From: Octopus vulgaris
Lineage: Eukaryota
Assembly: GCA_951406725.2 (NCBI GenBank)
Contig: OX597821.1
Coordinates: forward strand, 86,676,001-86,740,000
Length of the DNA stretch: 64,000 bases
Direction: 5' to 3'
Of the stretch, positions 28,194 to 40,768 are shown piece after piece; positions within the stretch are counted from its first letter, which is position 1, and each line of letters opens with the position of its first letter. The position numbers and the translations under genes were made by a program. The notes beneath the pieces are model-generated. The model saw only the letters and a program-made list of their open reading frames with translations, was not told the DNA's origin and searched no databases.

Positions 28194-28267
28194 GTTTGGT
28201 GTCTCCTGTTACTTTTAGTAAAATCTTAGCTTCGAATAAATATGTTTGGGTGTGTATTTATTAGTGT

Positions 28268-28632
28268 TAGTAGTAGTATTGCTTAAGCTCTTTGTTGCCT
28301 ATGGAGCATAGGTCGTCAACAACTTTTTCTCCAATGTCCTCAACTCTAGGCTGTCCCTGCTTCTTTCCAATTGGATCCTTGATTTTTCAGCTCTGCATGT
28401 TTCCCTGAGGGGAAACCTTGCTCTCCTTGATTTGCTTCTGTAACTTTGCTTTTTTCTAAGTAGGTGTGTTGGCCCCTTGCAAACCCATTTTTACCTCTGG
28501 GATGAACTGATCCATATTAGCCTGGCCTGTATCCCTTGACTTGTCCCGCATGGGATGCCATATCAGGAGCTTACCCTCTGCCACTATGCCTCTCAGTCAT
28601 TGAAGCACACAAGCCACCATACTATAATAAAG
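28268..28632 (-). mobile_element. Non-autonomous RTE-derived element (degenerate)
   Basis: (TAG)n end plus cccttgacttgtcccgcatggg...cattgaagcacacaagcc, similar to RTE 5' UTR motifs on the minus strand (from recall). Confidence 0.45.
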
Positions 28633-29298
28633 ACTAGACTTTATGGTGGTGGTGGTGGTGGCATGGATTATTTATGTGGTTAGTGTTCAAAGAAAGCACT
28701 CAATACTTTGTGTAGTGACAGTATGTATGTGAAATTGTAAAATTCAACATACCTTACTACTCAGTGTTTCTTACTTGAAGTGGTCTTCGCCTGAAAGCCC
28801 ACACCTACTAAAAAAACTCAGAGTAACATTGAATTCCCCAAGTATGAAATATTAACACATTTCAATATATACTGCTAGGCATACATACATCTACTGTGCG
28901 AATGACTTGCAGGTCGTCTTCAGACGGGTTTCAGATTGATGTAATTGTTAGGACAGCCTGAATATCTGCATGAAAGCATGACTAGAGTGGCAGGCGGGGC
29001 AATTGGTGAGAGCACAAGTCAATCCCAAATACTTGCATCTGAGAACTTGGCTAAACACACTTAAGTACTCTGTGGTGGTGTTAAACCAGAACATGTTAGG
29101 CCTACTTTTAGACAAACTGATTGAGATAAACGACAAGGGAGTTGTTAAACAAAAATGTTTGAGGTTGGGACAGGAAACAGTTATAGTTTCAGATATTTTA
29201 GACATGCTTCGAAGCGGTCCACCTTGGATAGTTCTTAAATAACCTCCAGTATTTTCAGTGGGGACCCTATGATTGTAAGCTCTACACTCTAACCTATC

Positions 29299-29522
29299 TC
29301 TTTACTACCCACAAGGGGCTAAACGCAGAAGGGACAAACAAGGACAGACAAAGGGATTAAGTCGATTATATCGACCCCAATGCATAACTGGTACTTAATT
29401 TATCGACCCCGAAAGGATGAAAGGCAAAGTCGACCTTGGCGGAATTTGAACTCTGAACGTAACGGCAGACGAAATACGGCTACGCATTTCGCCGAGCGTG
29501 CTAACGTTTCTGCCAGCTCGCC
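29299..29522 (-). mobile_element. SINE family B, tail type 1, with TSD-like flanks
   Basis: Full head-to-tail copy; agctctacactctaacc occurs on both sides (29278-29294 and 29523-29539). Confidence 0.88.
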
Positions 29523-30215
29523 AGCTCTACACTCTAACCACAAGGCTTAGGGAGTTGGGATCCTGATTATGAGGTCATGTGTTTCATTCTTGGACCAGGT
29601 GTCCTGTTGTGTCCTTGAGTAAGGCACTTCATTCATGTTCTCCAGCTGAATATGAGTAACAGTCCGGTACTGGTGCTGCTCTTCTCCATTCATCTGTCAC
29701 ATCCTTGATAGTCCACTGGTTATAGGTGGGATGATCAACAGGATGTCTTTGAGCAGGCATTAAACATCTCCTTGATATGTATTAGAAAAAGTATGGTGTG
29801 AGCTACCCGGTCGTACTTGCTAGCTTGTAACAGTTAATTTTTTTTCTTTTATGTTTCCTGAGTGGTATGGCAAATATTATGGACTGTTTATTTGTCTGCA
29901 TTTGTGTCCTGTCAGAAATTAAGTATTTTCTTAACCAGTAAAGGAAGTAAAGGAAACTCAGCTTGTGTTACAGTCTCTGTGTAGTTGCCATGAAAGCTTA
30001 AACAAATTTAGGAAGTATGAGGGTTTTTTTCCTTTTTTTCTTTTTTTTTTTGTAGCAAATGATCTTAAATTATAAGAATATAGTGTTGAGTGTGTGCTTC
30101 CTGTGAATCATGTGTTTACATGTGATGTAATATGTGTGTTTGTAGTTACATGCTCACATAAGTTTACACACATTTTTACATACTTATGTACTCAGGGCAT
30201 TTCATTGAAATGTGT

Positions 30216-30295
30216 GGGCAAATTGCTACAAGTTGGATATGTTGTGATTCCTTTGGGGCAAATTGCTACAAGTTGGATATGTTGTGATTCCTTTG
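30216..30295. repeat. Perfect 40-bp tandem duplication just upstream of an exon acceptor
   Basis: gggcaaattgctacaagttggatatgttgtgattcctttg x2. Confidence 0.95.
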
Positions 30296-30324
30296 AATAA
30301 CCAGTTTAATCTATTCTTTATCAG

Positions 30325-30392
30325 GTGTCATTCATGAAGACAGGCTACGAGAGCTGCTGACCACTATGGGAGACCGCTTCTCTGATGAAGAT
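30325..30392 (+). CDS. sqh: Myosin regulatory light chain, penultimate coding exon (68 nt, phase 1-0)
   Basis: ttctttatcag acceptor and gtaagt donor. Translates to (G)[22 protein letters not shown], in frame with the previous exon; [12 protein letters not shown] is diagnostic of non-muscle RLC. Confidence 0.95.
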
Positions 30393-31497
30393 GTAAGTGA
30401 ACTTTCTTTCCTTATGGCCATGCATCATGTGCATTGATCTATACATGTAGATACATGTATGATTTAAGTTTATTCAGTAAGTATGACCATTGCTTGTTTA
30501 TGAGCTGTGTGTGTGTGTGTATACATATACATACACCACCAAGTAGGGTGTCAGTGTAGGATGTAAAGGCCAAATTTCAAATGGCTGAAAAATCAGAATG
30601 TGAAAAGATCAAAAGCAGTACTCAGATCTCCAAATTTTGAAAGATTTTTGTGAAAATTATTGTGGAAAATGGTCTTAGAAAATATTTATATACAGTTTTA
30701 AAGGGGTGTTATTCGGGATATATATTATAGTATAGTTACTTTTGTCATGCTACTTCAGAATAACAAAGGCAAATGAAATATGGTGAGCACGTTTACTTAC
30801 AAAACAAAAATAAAATAAAGGTGTTTTGCAGAGGCACAATATCAAAGACATAAGTAACAAGTGAAACAGTTTATTTATTGAATACTGCTGCTCTTTAAAT
30901 TTTTTACTCTCATTGAATATTTTCCTTTTCTTTTAATACAAATGTAAACATATCAAACAATTAAAAGACCAAATTTTATACATTGAGATTATGTAGCAAA
31001 AGAATGACGACAAAGAGAGATTAGCTTTTGCACAAACCTACTTTCGATCTATCAAAATTCACCTTTTTAATCATTTGGTATGTTTACGCTTGTATTATTG
31101 AAAGAACACAATCTATATTGAGGGAATTTGAAGAATGGAAGTATTCAATAAATAAACTATTTAAGCTTTTACTTATGACTTTTGATTTTGTGTGTCTTTT
31201 TTTTTTTTTTCTCTATAAGTTCCAAAGAAATTTTGAAATCTTGGATGAAGGGTCTGTTAGCATTTGATATGGTGACTGGAGAACACGATATGCATCAAGC
31301 GAGCATGGAAGAAATAGGATTAATCTGTGGTGTTAGTAGTGGTGACAGAGAGGAAACAATGTTAGTGCATTGGCAGGTCATAGTATATTGCTAATTGAAG
31401 GCATAATTAGTTACAGTGACCTTGTTTTGGAATACATCCGAGAACATTTGTGTGTGTAATGGCTGTACTATCGAAAATGTTACTCTGAAAGCATTAA

Positions 31498-31707
31498 CCC
31501 TTTCATTACGAAACCAGCTTTGGCTCTGAGTACAAATGTCTTGTTTACATAAGTTTTGAATTAAAATCTTTCACCAAACCTTAGTCACAATTTATATTCC
31601 TAACACTAGCTGAATGATAACTAAGTTATTTTACTAAATTCTTTGTTATATTTAAAGTAATTGAAAGAAATACAGAGCATCTCAAAATAAATACAGTAAC
31701 AAAAGGG
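31498..31707. mobile_element. piggyBac-type MITE, second copy
   Basis: TTAA|CCCTTTCATTAC ... GTAACAAAAGGG|TTAA; internal sequence is collinear with 21768-21988. Confidence 0.88.
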
Positions 31708-32682
31708 TTAAATAATTAACTATATTAGTGGTATGAAAAAAAAAGAAAACTATGCAAAGGCATATTTTGAATTTACAAAGGTGAAAAGTGACATTTCTCC
31801 TGTCAGACAGTAAGTTTGATTATCTCTCTTGTTAATCAACAGATAAATCCGGTGACTTTCACTAATATCAACAGAGACCTCACTGAATCTGAAAGTCTGT
31901 CTGTTGCTGACTGCATTCTCAGGATTAATTTGCCATGATTTGTCTTTTGGCATTTCTGCCAGGACATTTAGCAAATGACTTTTACTAAAGTCTCTCCACT
32001 TTTCTATTCTCGACATGTCTGTTCTATTATCTTGTCTCTCGTATCTCTTAAGACATTTATATTTCTGTATATAACCATCATCATTTGAACATCCGCTTAC
32101 CCATGCTTGCAAGGATCAGACAGAATTTATTGAGACAGATTTTCTGTGGCTGGATGCCCTTCCTGTCACCAACACTCACCTGTTTCCAAGCAAAGTAATA
32201 TTGCTCCGAGGTTGGAAATAAACAACATTGCTTGTATGACAGTAATGCTTGTTTACAACTATCACATGTCAAGACAAAGATTCACACATACATACATGTG
32301 CTTTGCAATCTCATGTGCCCATCTTTGGTCCCACTTCATGGGCACCAGTGACAAGTGGGTTTTTTTGTTTTTTTTATTACAGCTGTGGATCAACCCAAGT
32401 CTTCTAAATAGAATTAAGTAGATGGAAACTGTGTGGAAGTCTGGTAGATGACTTGTAACTCCATTTGGTTTGTAGACTTAATCTACTGCCCAGTTTAACA
32501 TCATCTATTGGCCAGAGGATGCCTTAAGTAGATTCTAGACTGTTGCAAGTATTGAGACTGGGTCTTGAGCTTGTGGTCCTTCGAGTCATCCTTTCATTCA
32601 CTCACACCTATCTGAGGACCTGCAAAAAAATCATGGGCATTACTTTTACTACTTTTTTTAATCATAATATATATATATATCA

Positions 32683-32995
32683 ACCACATGGTTCCAGATT
32701 CAGTTGGGCAAGTGTCTTGTACTATAGCCTTGGGCCGACCAAAACCTTGTGAGTTGATTTGGTAGACAGAAACTGAAAGAAGGCCATCGTCTATAGGTGT
32801 GTGTGTGCGTGTGTCTGTGTTTGTTCTCCCCCCCCCCCCTCATCACTTGACAACCAATGCTGGTGTGTTTATGTCCCCGTAACTTAGTGGTTCGGCAAAA
32901 GAACCAATAGAATAAGTCCTGGGGCTGATTTCTTCAATTAAAGGCGGTACTCCAGCATGGCCACAATCAAATGACTGAAACAAGTAAAAGAATAA

Positions 32996-32997
<2 letters not shown>
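32683..32997 (+). mobile_element. SINE family A (deleted copy)
   Basis: accacatggttcc...ggtagacagaaactgaaagaag...aaatgactgaaacaagtaaaagaata. Confidence 0.8.
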
Positions 32998-33020
<23 letters not shown>

Positions 33021-33027
<7 letters not shown>

Positions 33028-33625
33028 CGTCCACTCGTGACTGAGGAAGACCATTGCTGACCTTCAGGAACATTGTGCATTCTAGGATATAAGTCGAAAA
33101 AAAAGAAAAGCAGCACATATCGAGCAGAGGTCAGCAATGCCTGTGCAGAGCATGACCCCTCATTGACCCTCTCCACTCTACTGACATTATCCAGAGTCAA
33201 GCCAGAGCAAGATGTCTGATGCCAATATGAATCGCAGACTCAGTGATGTGGGAGCGCCATGATTTCTAGCACAAACCAAAGAGCCCCAAAATGTCCAATG
33301 CCATTCCCTGCATATCTAGTTTTATATCAGAGTGACCTCCTCCTAGAGACATGATTCAACAGAAGCCGAGGAGTGCCTCCCTTCCAGTTGGTCTTCCAGC
33401 ATGCCAGACAACATCCCGGAATTTCTGTGTACTCGTGCTATTGCTAGATAACCATTGACCCTGCACTAGGTTCATCCAACTTTTCAAAAGGTCTTGTTTT
33501 TAATCCTGCTGGGTTTCTGGCAACCTTCCTCACCAGGGTAGCCTGGTGGGGGTGCCGGTTTAGTCGCTGACAGCCCGACTATGCAACATGTAATGGATTC
33601 TGTGTGACCAGTAGCACTTGTGAGA
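33021..33625 (-). mobile_element. Probable non-autonomous RTE-derived element in the last intron
   Basis: GC-richer block. The minus strand has an RTE-like 5' motif (gcgactaaacc...accctggtgaggaagg) and an RTE-like 3' end (atggtcttcctcagtcacgagtggacggccatca). Confidence 0.45.
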
Positions 33626-33760
33626 GCCTCATAAATACACACACACACACAAACTCTGATTCACATAAATACATTTCTTGCATATACTTTGACAGAAATA
33701 TACATGAGTACCAATGATTATAATTTACTTTTATATATCTCTCTGTTTTCTATTTTTTAG

Positions 33761-33865
33761 GTTGATGAAATATTTCGGGAAGCGCCTATCAAGAGTGGCA
33801 ACTTTGATTACATAGAATTTACTCGGATTCTGAAGCATGGCAAGAAAGACAAAGATGATGATTGA
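33761..33865 (+). CDS. sqh: Myosin regulatory light chain, last coding exon
   Basis: tctgttttctattttttag acceptor. Translates to [34 protein letters not shown] with TGA at 33863-33865, matching the RLC C-terminus [13 protein letters not shown]. Confidence 0.96.
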   Translation, partial: VDEIFREAPIKSGNFDYIEFTRILKHGKKDKDDD

Positions 33866-35180
33866 AAGGGGTTTTCGCTATGCAACGTATTCGCCTGGGG
33901 GCCATCATCTCCATCTGGAAGTGATGACCCCAAGCCCTCTGACCTAATATCTAAGCATCTGTCTTCTTCCTTAATGATAATGTCATTAATTATCTCCACA
34001 AAATTAATACCAACAGTAAGAGTAACAATAATAATAATGATGATGATCTTAAATAAAAAAAAGATTTAGCCATTTTTCTCAACTTTCCAACTTTATAAAT
34101 TTTTTTTTTTTTTTGGAAACATTGGGAGAAAATATAACAAAAATTTAGAAAAAGGTAGAAACACATCAAATATGCTTTCTTTTAATATTATTATTACACA
34201 TTAAATTTTAAAAGTTGAAAAACAATTTGAAAATTTGGAAGAAATATTAAAGAAAAAAGTATGGATAAAACATCTTATGTTGAACTGTTCAGAAACATCT
34301 TGGTGTCAACATTTAGAAACAGATTGTTATTCATTTCTCTAAGAAAGCAAAAAACAAAACAACTACAAAAAAAAAAGCTGAAAAGAATATCTGAAAGCTT
34401 CAATTTTCATTTTTTATATCTATATACATATTGTTTTTTTTTATTTTTTTATTTTAAAAAATTTCACCTGAAATAATAAAGATAATAACATTCCATTGTG
34501 ATATGTTACGATAAGTATTTTTATATTATTATTAATATTAATATTATTATTTCAAGTATTGGCAATTGCTGTATTAGTATGGCAAATGGAATTTGCAATT
34601 TTGGTTTCAATTCCCTATTGAAACTGATTCATTTAATGCCCCTCGTGCCCTTTGGAAAGGCATGACAGTTACAAACTAGCATTTTTCTCTTCTCTAAAAT
34701 CTCCAAAGGTTCCATGCCGGTGTAAATAAATAATTACTAAGGCTTTTTTTCTCAAAATTTTGAGTCTCTTTAGATTTAACAATAGTTAGTGATTTCATTT
34801 TGAGTTTATTTTAAATTTTTCCTGTCCCTTTTTTTAAAATGAACCCTTCACCAGCAATCTTGACAAATTTTTGTCTGGAATGCATTAAAAGCTCAGAAAG
34901 ACCTATAGTCCATTTATTTTTTACGTTTATAAAATTTTGAACCATTGTCTTAGAGAAAAGAACCACACCAACTACTGCACCAAAATCATCATCAATTAAA
35001 TAGAAGACAGCAACAACACCAATTAATACTTTTATTGCTAAAAAGAAGGAAAAAAAAGAGAAGAAACAAGGAACTGATTTGCTTCCATTCAATTTGCCTG
35101 CCTTATTATTTCTGACTGATTTTATAATAAAAAAAAAATGAAGGGAAAAAGAAAATGAGAAAAAAAAATGGAAAGTAATT
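33866..35180 (+). other. Putative 3' UTR of the RLC gene
   Basis: Very AT-rich stretch free of interspersed repeats directly after the stop codon, with several AATAAA hexamers; ends before a GT/T-rich tract at about 35180-35260. Confidence 0.55.
35126..35131 (+). promoter_or_regulatory. Candidate distal polyadenylation signal AATAAA
   Basis: AATAAA followed about 50 nt later by a GU/U-rich downstream-element-like tract (gtgttttttc...ttgtatgtgtgtatgttttatgtgtt). Other AATAAA hexamers near 34052, 34475 and 34725 are alternatives. Confidence 0.4.
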
Positions 35181-35439
35181 GTGTTTTTTCAACTATTTTC
35201 TTTGTATGTGTGTATGTTTTATGTGTTATTTATTTTCAGCTATTTTATGTGTATTTTTCCATTCTTACCTGTGTAGGTCAGAATTTAAGCAGAGGAGGGA
35301 GAAGCGAGTAATTTACTTAACAAAATTCTAAGAGATGGAGCTAAAAACTAACAGAAAGAAGGAAGAGAAAAATGTTCTTAGCTTTGACGTCTCGGTCATC
35401 GTATGGTAAAAATAAAAATGGCCAGCACAGCGATATTTT

Positions 35440-35757
35440 TTGTTAGCGGTTGGGAGGTAGTTGCCGGCAACCGTGGAGACTGGCGACATACCGTAAGAGA
35501 GGGAATACAAAGGAGTGACAGAGAGAGAGAGGAGAAATGGAAAGACAAGAAAAGACGTCAACAAGAAACTATGGCATTACAACCAGCCAGGAATAGTCTT
35601 CGCTACATTTGCGGTACCTGCCAGAGGGAGTGTTTGTCCAGGATAGGACTACACAGCTACAGCAGGAAATGTATCAGGACATGAAATGTAAAAGCCGGAC
35701 TAGACTACTTTATGCGCAACTCCATTGTCTCCTGAGACAAAAAGGATGCCAACAACC
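35440..35757 (+). mobile_element. RTE LINE 3' fragment with C-terminal zinc finger
   Basis: WEVVAGNRGDWRHTVREG...YICGTCQRECLSRIGLHSYSRKC* followed by the RTE-type tail ccattgtctcctgagac...gatgccaacaac. Confidence 0.82.
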
Positions 35758-36024
35758 TGTGTAGTATGTTATACTTGTTGGACCAGGTGGACAATGTTCC
35801 TTCCTCCTAATAGCTACACAACTGTGAAACTGAGAGCAGAGTTTGTATTTTGTTCTGTGAGATCAATTGAAGCAACAGTTACAATTGTCTGTATCCAACA
35901 GTGCAAAACAATTAGGATTCTGTGTGGGACTGAACCAGATTCATCTGGAACTTAATCCCAATAGCCATAGAACCAGGACAATGTATTCAATGACTTGCCA
36001 ACTTCAGAACTGAACTAATGAGCT

Positions 36025-36380
36025 ATACTCTTTACTTGTTTCAGTGATTTGACTGTGGCCATGCTGGAGCACCGCCTCTAGTCAAGCAAATCGACCCCAG
36101 GACTTATTCTTTGTAAGCCTAGTACTTATGCTGAACCACTAAGTTACGGGGACATAAACACACCAGCATCAGTTGTCAAGCGATGTTGGGAGGTCAAACA
36201 CAGACACACAAACACACACATATATATACATATATACGACAAGCTTCTTTCAGTTTCCGTCTACCAAATCCACTCACAAGGCTTTGGTCGGCTCAAGACT
36301 ATAGTAGAAGACACTTGCCCAAGGTGCCATGCAGTGGGACTGAACCAGGAACCATGTGGTTCGTAAGCAACTCCTACACC
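36025..36380 (-). mobile_element. SINE family A
   Basis: Collinear with 5204-5572. Confidence 0.85.
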
Positions 36381-36504
36381 TATAAATGCAAAAACTTTTC
36401 TGCTGTCATTCACCTGTGTGGATTATATATTTTTGATCTGAAATTGTGTTTGGATTATGAATTCTATCATTGTCCTTACTGTACACATAATAATTACATT
36501 GGTC

Positions 36505-36653
36505 CCAGTATGCAACTGGTACTTAATTTATCAACCCCCAAAGGATGAAAAGCAAAGTCGACCTTGGCAGAATTTGAACTCAGAACATAGCGACGGGCAA
36601 AATACCGCTAAGCATTTCATCCAGTGTGCTAATGGTTCTGCCAGCTCACCACC
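36505..36653 (-). mobile_element. SINE family B (head and core)
   Basis: caactggtacttaatttatcaaccccc...ttctgccagctcacc. Confidence 0.8.
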
Positions 36654-37285
36654 TTAAATAATAATAATAATATATTAGTATAGTTAAGCTCAGGCTTGTC
36701 ATTGGGCTACAAGGCTACAATGATGATTTTTGCATATTTACTATAATGGGGATTGACAGCTAAACAAAAGTTCTGTTTCTGTGAGCACCCTTGTTCACAG
36801 AAAGTGCCTTATTGACAGATGGCTGGTGACTTTCATGGACATGTAGGCTATTCCGTTGTACAAGGAAGCTATGGTTATGTTATACAAGAGAGGAATGAAT
36901 AATCTTAGGATTCTCTGATGTAAGTGACCTAACCATTTGCAACACTAACTTCAGCAAAACTAGTCATCCATCTGAGCAGCTACTCTCCAGGCAAACATGC
37001 AAGCCAAATAGACTTCATGCTCAGTAGAAAATAGGATAGCCAAATGGTTGTGAACACCAAGTATCTTCTTAGTGTAGAGTGCATCACTAAACATAAGCTA
37101 GTAATTAGTGACTTCAGAGTAAGAACTAGACAGTCTGAAGAAGGAAGGTATTAGCAGTAGGTAATGCTTATTTGGAGAAGAAAGATTAAACTGGGAGTTT
37201 CTATGAGGTTTGTGAACAACAGACCAGATCTGTGGCTTGTGCAGGCTTCCAAGTTGAAGGAAGGTCACTTGATATTGGAACAGTA

Positions 37286-37560
37286 TCATCATCATCATCA
37301 TTCAACGTCCATTTTCCGTGCTAGCATGGGTTGGATGGTTCGACTGGGGTCTGGGAAGCCAGGAGGCTGCACCAGGCTCCAGTCTGATCTGGCAGTGTTT
37401 CTACAGCTGGATGCCAACCACTGTGTAGTGGGTGGTTTTTACATGCCACCGGCACAGGAGCCAGGTGAGGCTGGCATCGGCCACGTTTGGATGGTGCTTT
37501 TTTACATGCCACCAGCACAGGTATCACAACTACAATTTCCATTTGATTTTTTGATTTCTA
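37286..37560 (-). mobile_element. Family C RTE 3' end
   Basis: (CAT)n plus family C body with gtgctttttacatgccacc subrepeats. Confidence 0.8.
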
Positions 37561-40500
37561 TAGTAGATAGAAACATTAAATTCCAAGAGACAAGACCAGA
37601 AAAACTGAAAAATAGTGAGGAGTGAAAAGAAAGCTGTATCAAGTAGCTAGTCCATGCCCCATGGCATGAAGTGTCATATCAAATACATCTGGAGAGTCTT
37701 CTTTGAGTGTTTATAAGAAGGAATTTCACCATAAATGCCATCATTAACAAAAACATTGTGAAGCTGGGCTTCAGCTGTGTATGCAGAAGTTCAGTGTTGT
37801 CAAGAGTCAAAATATGAATTATGCAAAGAAATCAATATGCAACATGCAACGAAATTCATAATCTATCAAGCTGAAGTTTTCACAAAAAAAGTATATTGAT
37901 TAAGTGTTCAATAAAATATCATCTAATCCAAAATATTCATTCTGTTAGTCATTTAGTATACTGTACATGACTTTTGTAGTGTGCTTGGAGATCAAGAGGT
38001 GCAGAAGAAAACAAAACATTATGTGAGCAATTTTGAAAGGAACATAAACATTTAGAAATAGTTCAAAGAACTGCAACCTCTAGCATAGAGATAAACTTCA
38101 TATTATTTGTCACATCACACCAATTCTATAATTAAATAAAAACAGCAAACCACTACGTACCTTAGTTCTTTTGCATTCATTGTTAGGAACATCCTCCTGA
38201 TGCATGTGGTGTCAAATAGAATTTACTGCTATTATCTGTAATAACTCTTTCTGATGTTAGATGTTGTTCAAAACTATCCATTATCTGTTATTTCTTTCAA
38301 CCCTCTGATGAATACAGCTGACCAACAAGATTGACTGCACAAAACCATCAGGTATAGGTCTATGATACTAGTTACTGTATGCACATATATATTAGAATCT
38401 ACATACTTCTAATATATGTATGTATTGGGAGAATACACCCACCTATACACATACGAATTTGCATGATGATATATTTTGTTCATTATCAGTTTAATGTCCT
38501 CTTTTCCATGCTTGCATGAGTTGGACAGAAGTCATTGCAACAGATTTTGTATAACTGGATACCCTTCCCATTGCCAATCCTCAACTGTTTCCAAGCAAGG
38601 TAATATTTCCCTTTGGCCAGATGGTGCCAACTTTCTATTCCCTCAGTTCAAATCCCACCAAAGTCAACTGTACCGTTCATAATTTTGAGGGTCAGTAAAA
38701 AAAAGTACAAATTCAGGGCAGTGGATTGACAGAACTGCTAGAGGGTTAAGCAAAATGCCTTGTGTTAACTGTATTAGCCACTAGTTTTTATCTTGGAAAA
38801 AGGCCTCCAACATTGGCCAACACAGATACTGCAAAGAACCTTGCTTAATCAAGCAGTTCTGTCAATCCACTACCTTGAAGTGGTACTTTTTTAATTGATC
38901 TTGAAAGAATGAAAGGTAGATTTGAACTGAGGGTGCAGAGATATGGAAGAAATACTACAAAGCATTTTGCCCGTTCTAAAAACTTTATTAAGTTGCCACC
39001 TTCTGAGATGGAATAATAATAATGTCAAATCTGAAAATGATGAGTTGCCTACTGACAAGGTCACACAAGACTGGGATCATCAACATTTAATGTCCGTTTT
39101 CCATGCTGGTATGGGTTGGACAGTTTGGCAGGAGCCACACCTTGGTTTCAACAGCTGGATGCCCTTCCTAGTGCCAACCACTCTACAGAATGTACTAGGT
39201 GCTTTTTACGTGACACCATCACCAATGTCCTTCATGGGCAAACATTATCAAGGTGGTTTTAAGGCATCAATTCTGTTAGTTCCACTGTGGTGGGCAGGTG
39301 ACAATTTACCATGCTTCAGACTCAACTCCTGCAACAGGAAAAAGCAGGCATTAAAATAATCATTGTAGAAGAGACTAAGGTGCAATGATAAGTTCTTGGC
39401 TAACCAATATACTTGTCCCAGAAAAGACACCCAATATACTCTGTAAAATGGTTGGCGGTACAAAGGGCATTCAGCTGTAGGAACTCACAGCAGACACTGG
39501 AGCACAGGCAGAATCATTAGAGCATCAAAAAAATGCCCTGAGGTGTTTGTTCCACTCTTTACATTCTGAGTTCAATTTCCTCCGAAGTCAACTTTGCTTT
39601 CATCCTTTTGGGGTTAATAAAAAAAAGTATCAGTATTGGGGTCAAAGTAATTGACTTGCCCCTCTCTCCAAAACTGAAATCATTATCACTCACCCATTAG
39701 ATTCTACCAGCCTCAATATTTTTCTTTTTTTTTGGTGAGGTAAGCAACCACATCTTTACAAAATGGATAGAAGTAAGAATTTATGACGTTCGTGATAATC
39801 TCAAGAAAATTTACATGTAAAGATAATAATAATTTCAGCTACTAATTATTACTTATTTAAACATTTGGTTTGGCTGAAGAACTTGTGTTTCATTATTCAA
39901 TAGCACCACCAAAACTGACGCCAATACCACTGCTGTTTAGATTATGGAATAACATTACAATTCTGTCTAAAGTATACATTGACAAAGGTTTTAATTTCAG
40001 TGTAGTATCTCTTACATGAAAAACAATGTTAATTAGGGAGTAATTAATAAAATAATTAAAGCTTCAGCGAATACAAGTTAAAAGAGAAAAGTGGGCGGTG
40101 AAGGTTTGATAAACAGCTTTGGGGATGGTAATGTAGAAAAACCTAATTGAAGATAATACCATTTAGAATGAGAGGATAGGCTTTTATAATTATATCATTT
40201 GCTTGGGAGATATTTCTGCTTCACGTCACCAAAGCTATTTTATCATTGCGATTTCTCATCCTGAAGGGACCTCGTTCAGACTAGCCTGTAGCTGTTGTTG
40301 CTGGTGGAGGTGGGGATGTGGTGATGTAGTGTTACTTATAATGAAATGTGGTGGAGATGGAGAGAGAGAGACGGGGTGCAACATTGCTAAAATTTTCTAA
40401 ATCCTTATCTGTACCTGATGTTGGATATTTTTGGTAATTACCTTGGTTAGTTCCTCATTGTTGGCATGTATTGGTTTAGCATTCTATATGTCAATTCATA

Positions 40501-40768
40501 AGTGTCTGAGCATTTTGGCTTATGTATGTACTTAAGTATATAAGCAAACACTCACACACACACACACATTTTATAAAATTTGTGTTGTCTGGGACTTCAA
40601 TCAGATTATTCATCTGGTTGAAGAAGTCATCAGGAAAACTTTAATTCCTAATCAACTAAGTTTTGTAATAAATTTTACTTTATTTTCAGAATTGAGTTCC
40701 TTCATCAAGTAAATGTTCTGTTGTTATTTTTAAACTTGCTTTAAAGTAATAAATTTAATATATATATA

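Noticed and set aside
28948-29242. Overlapping 79-85 aa ORFs as a nested intronic gene
   Set aside because: No recognisable domain or convincing splice signals; probably an unclassified repeat fragment.
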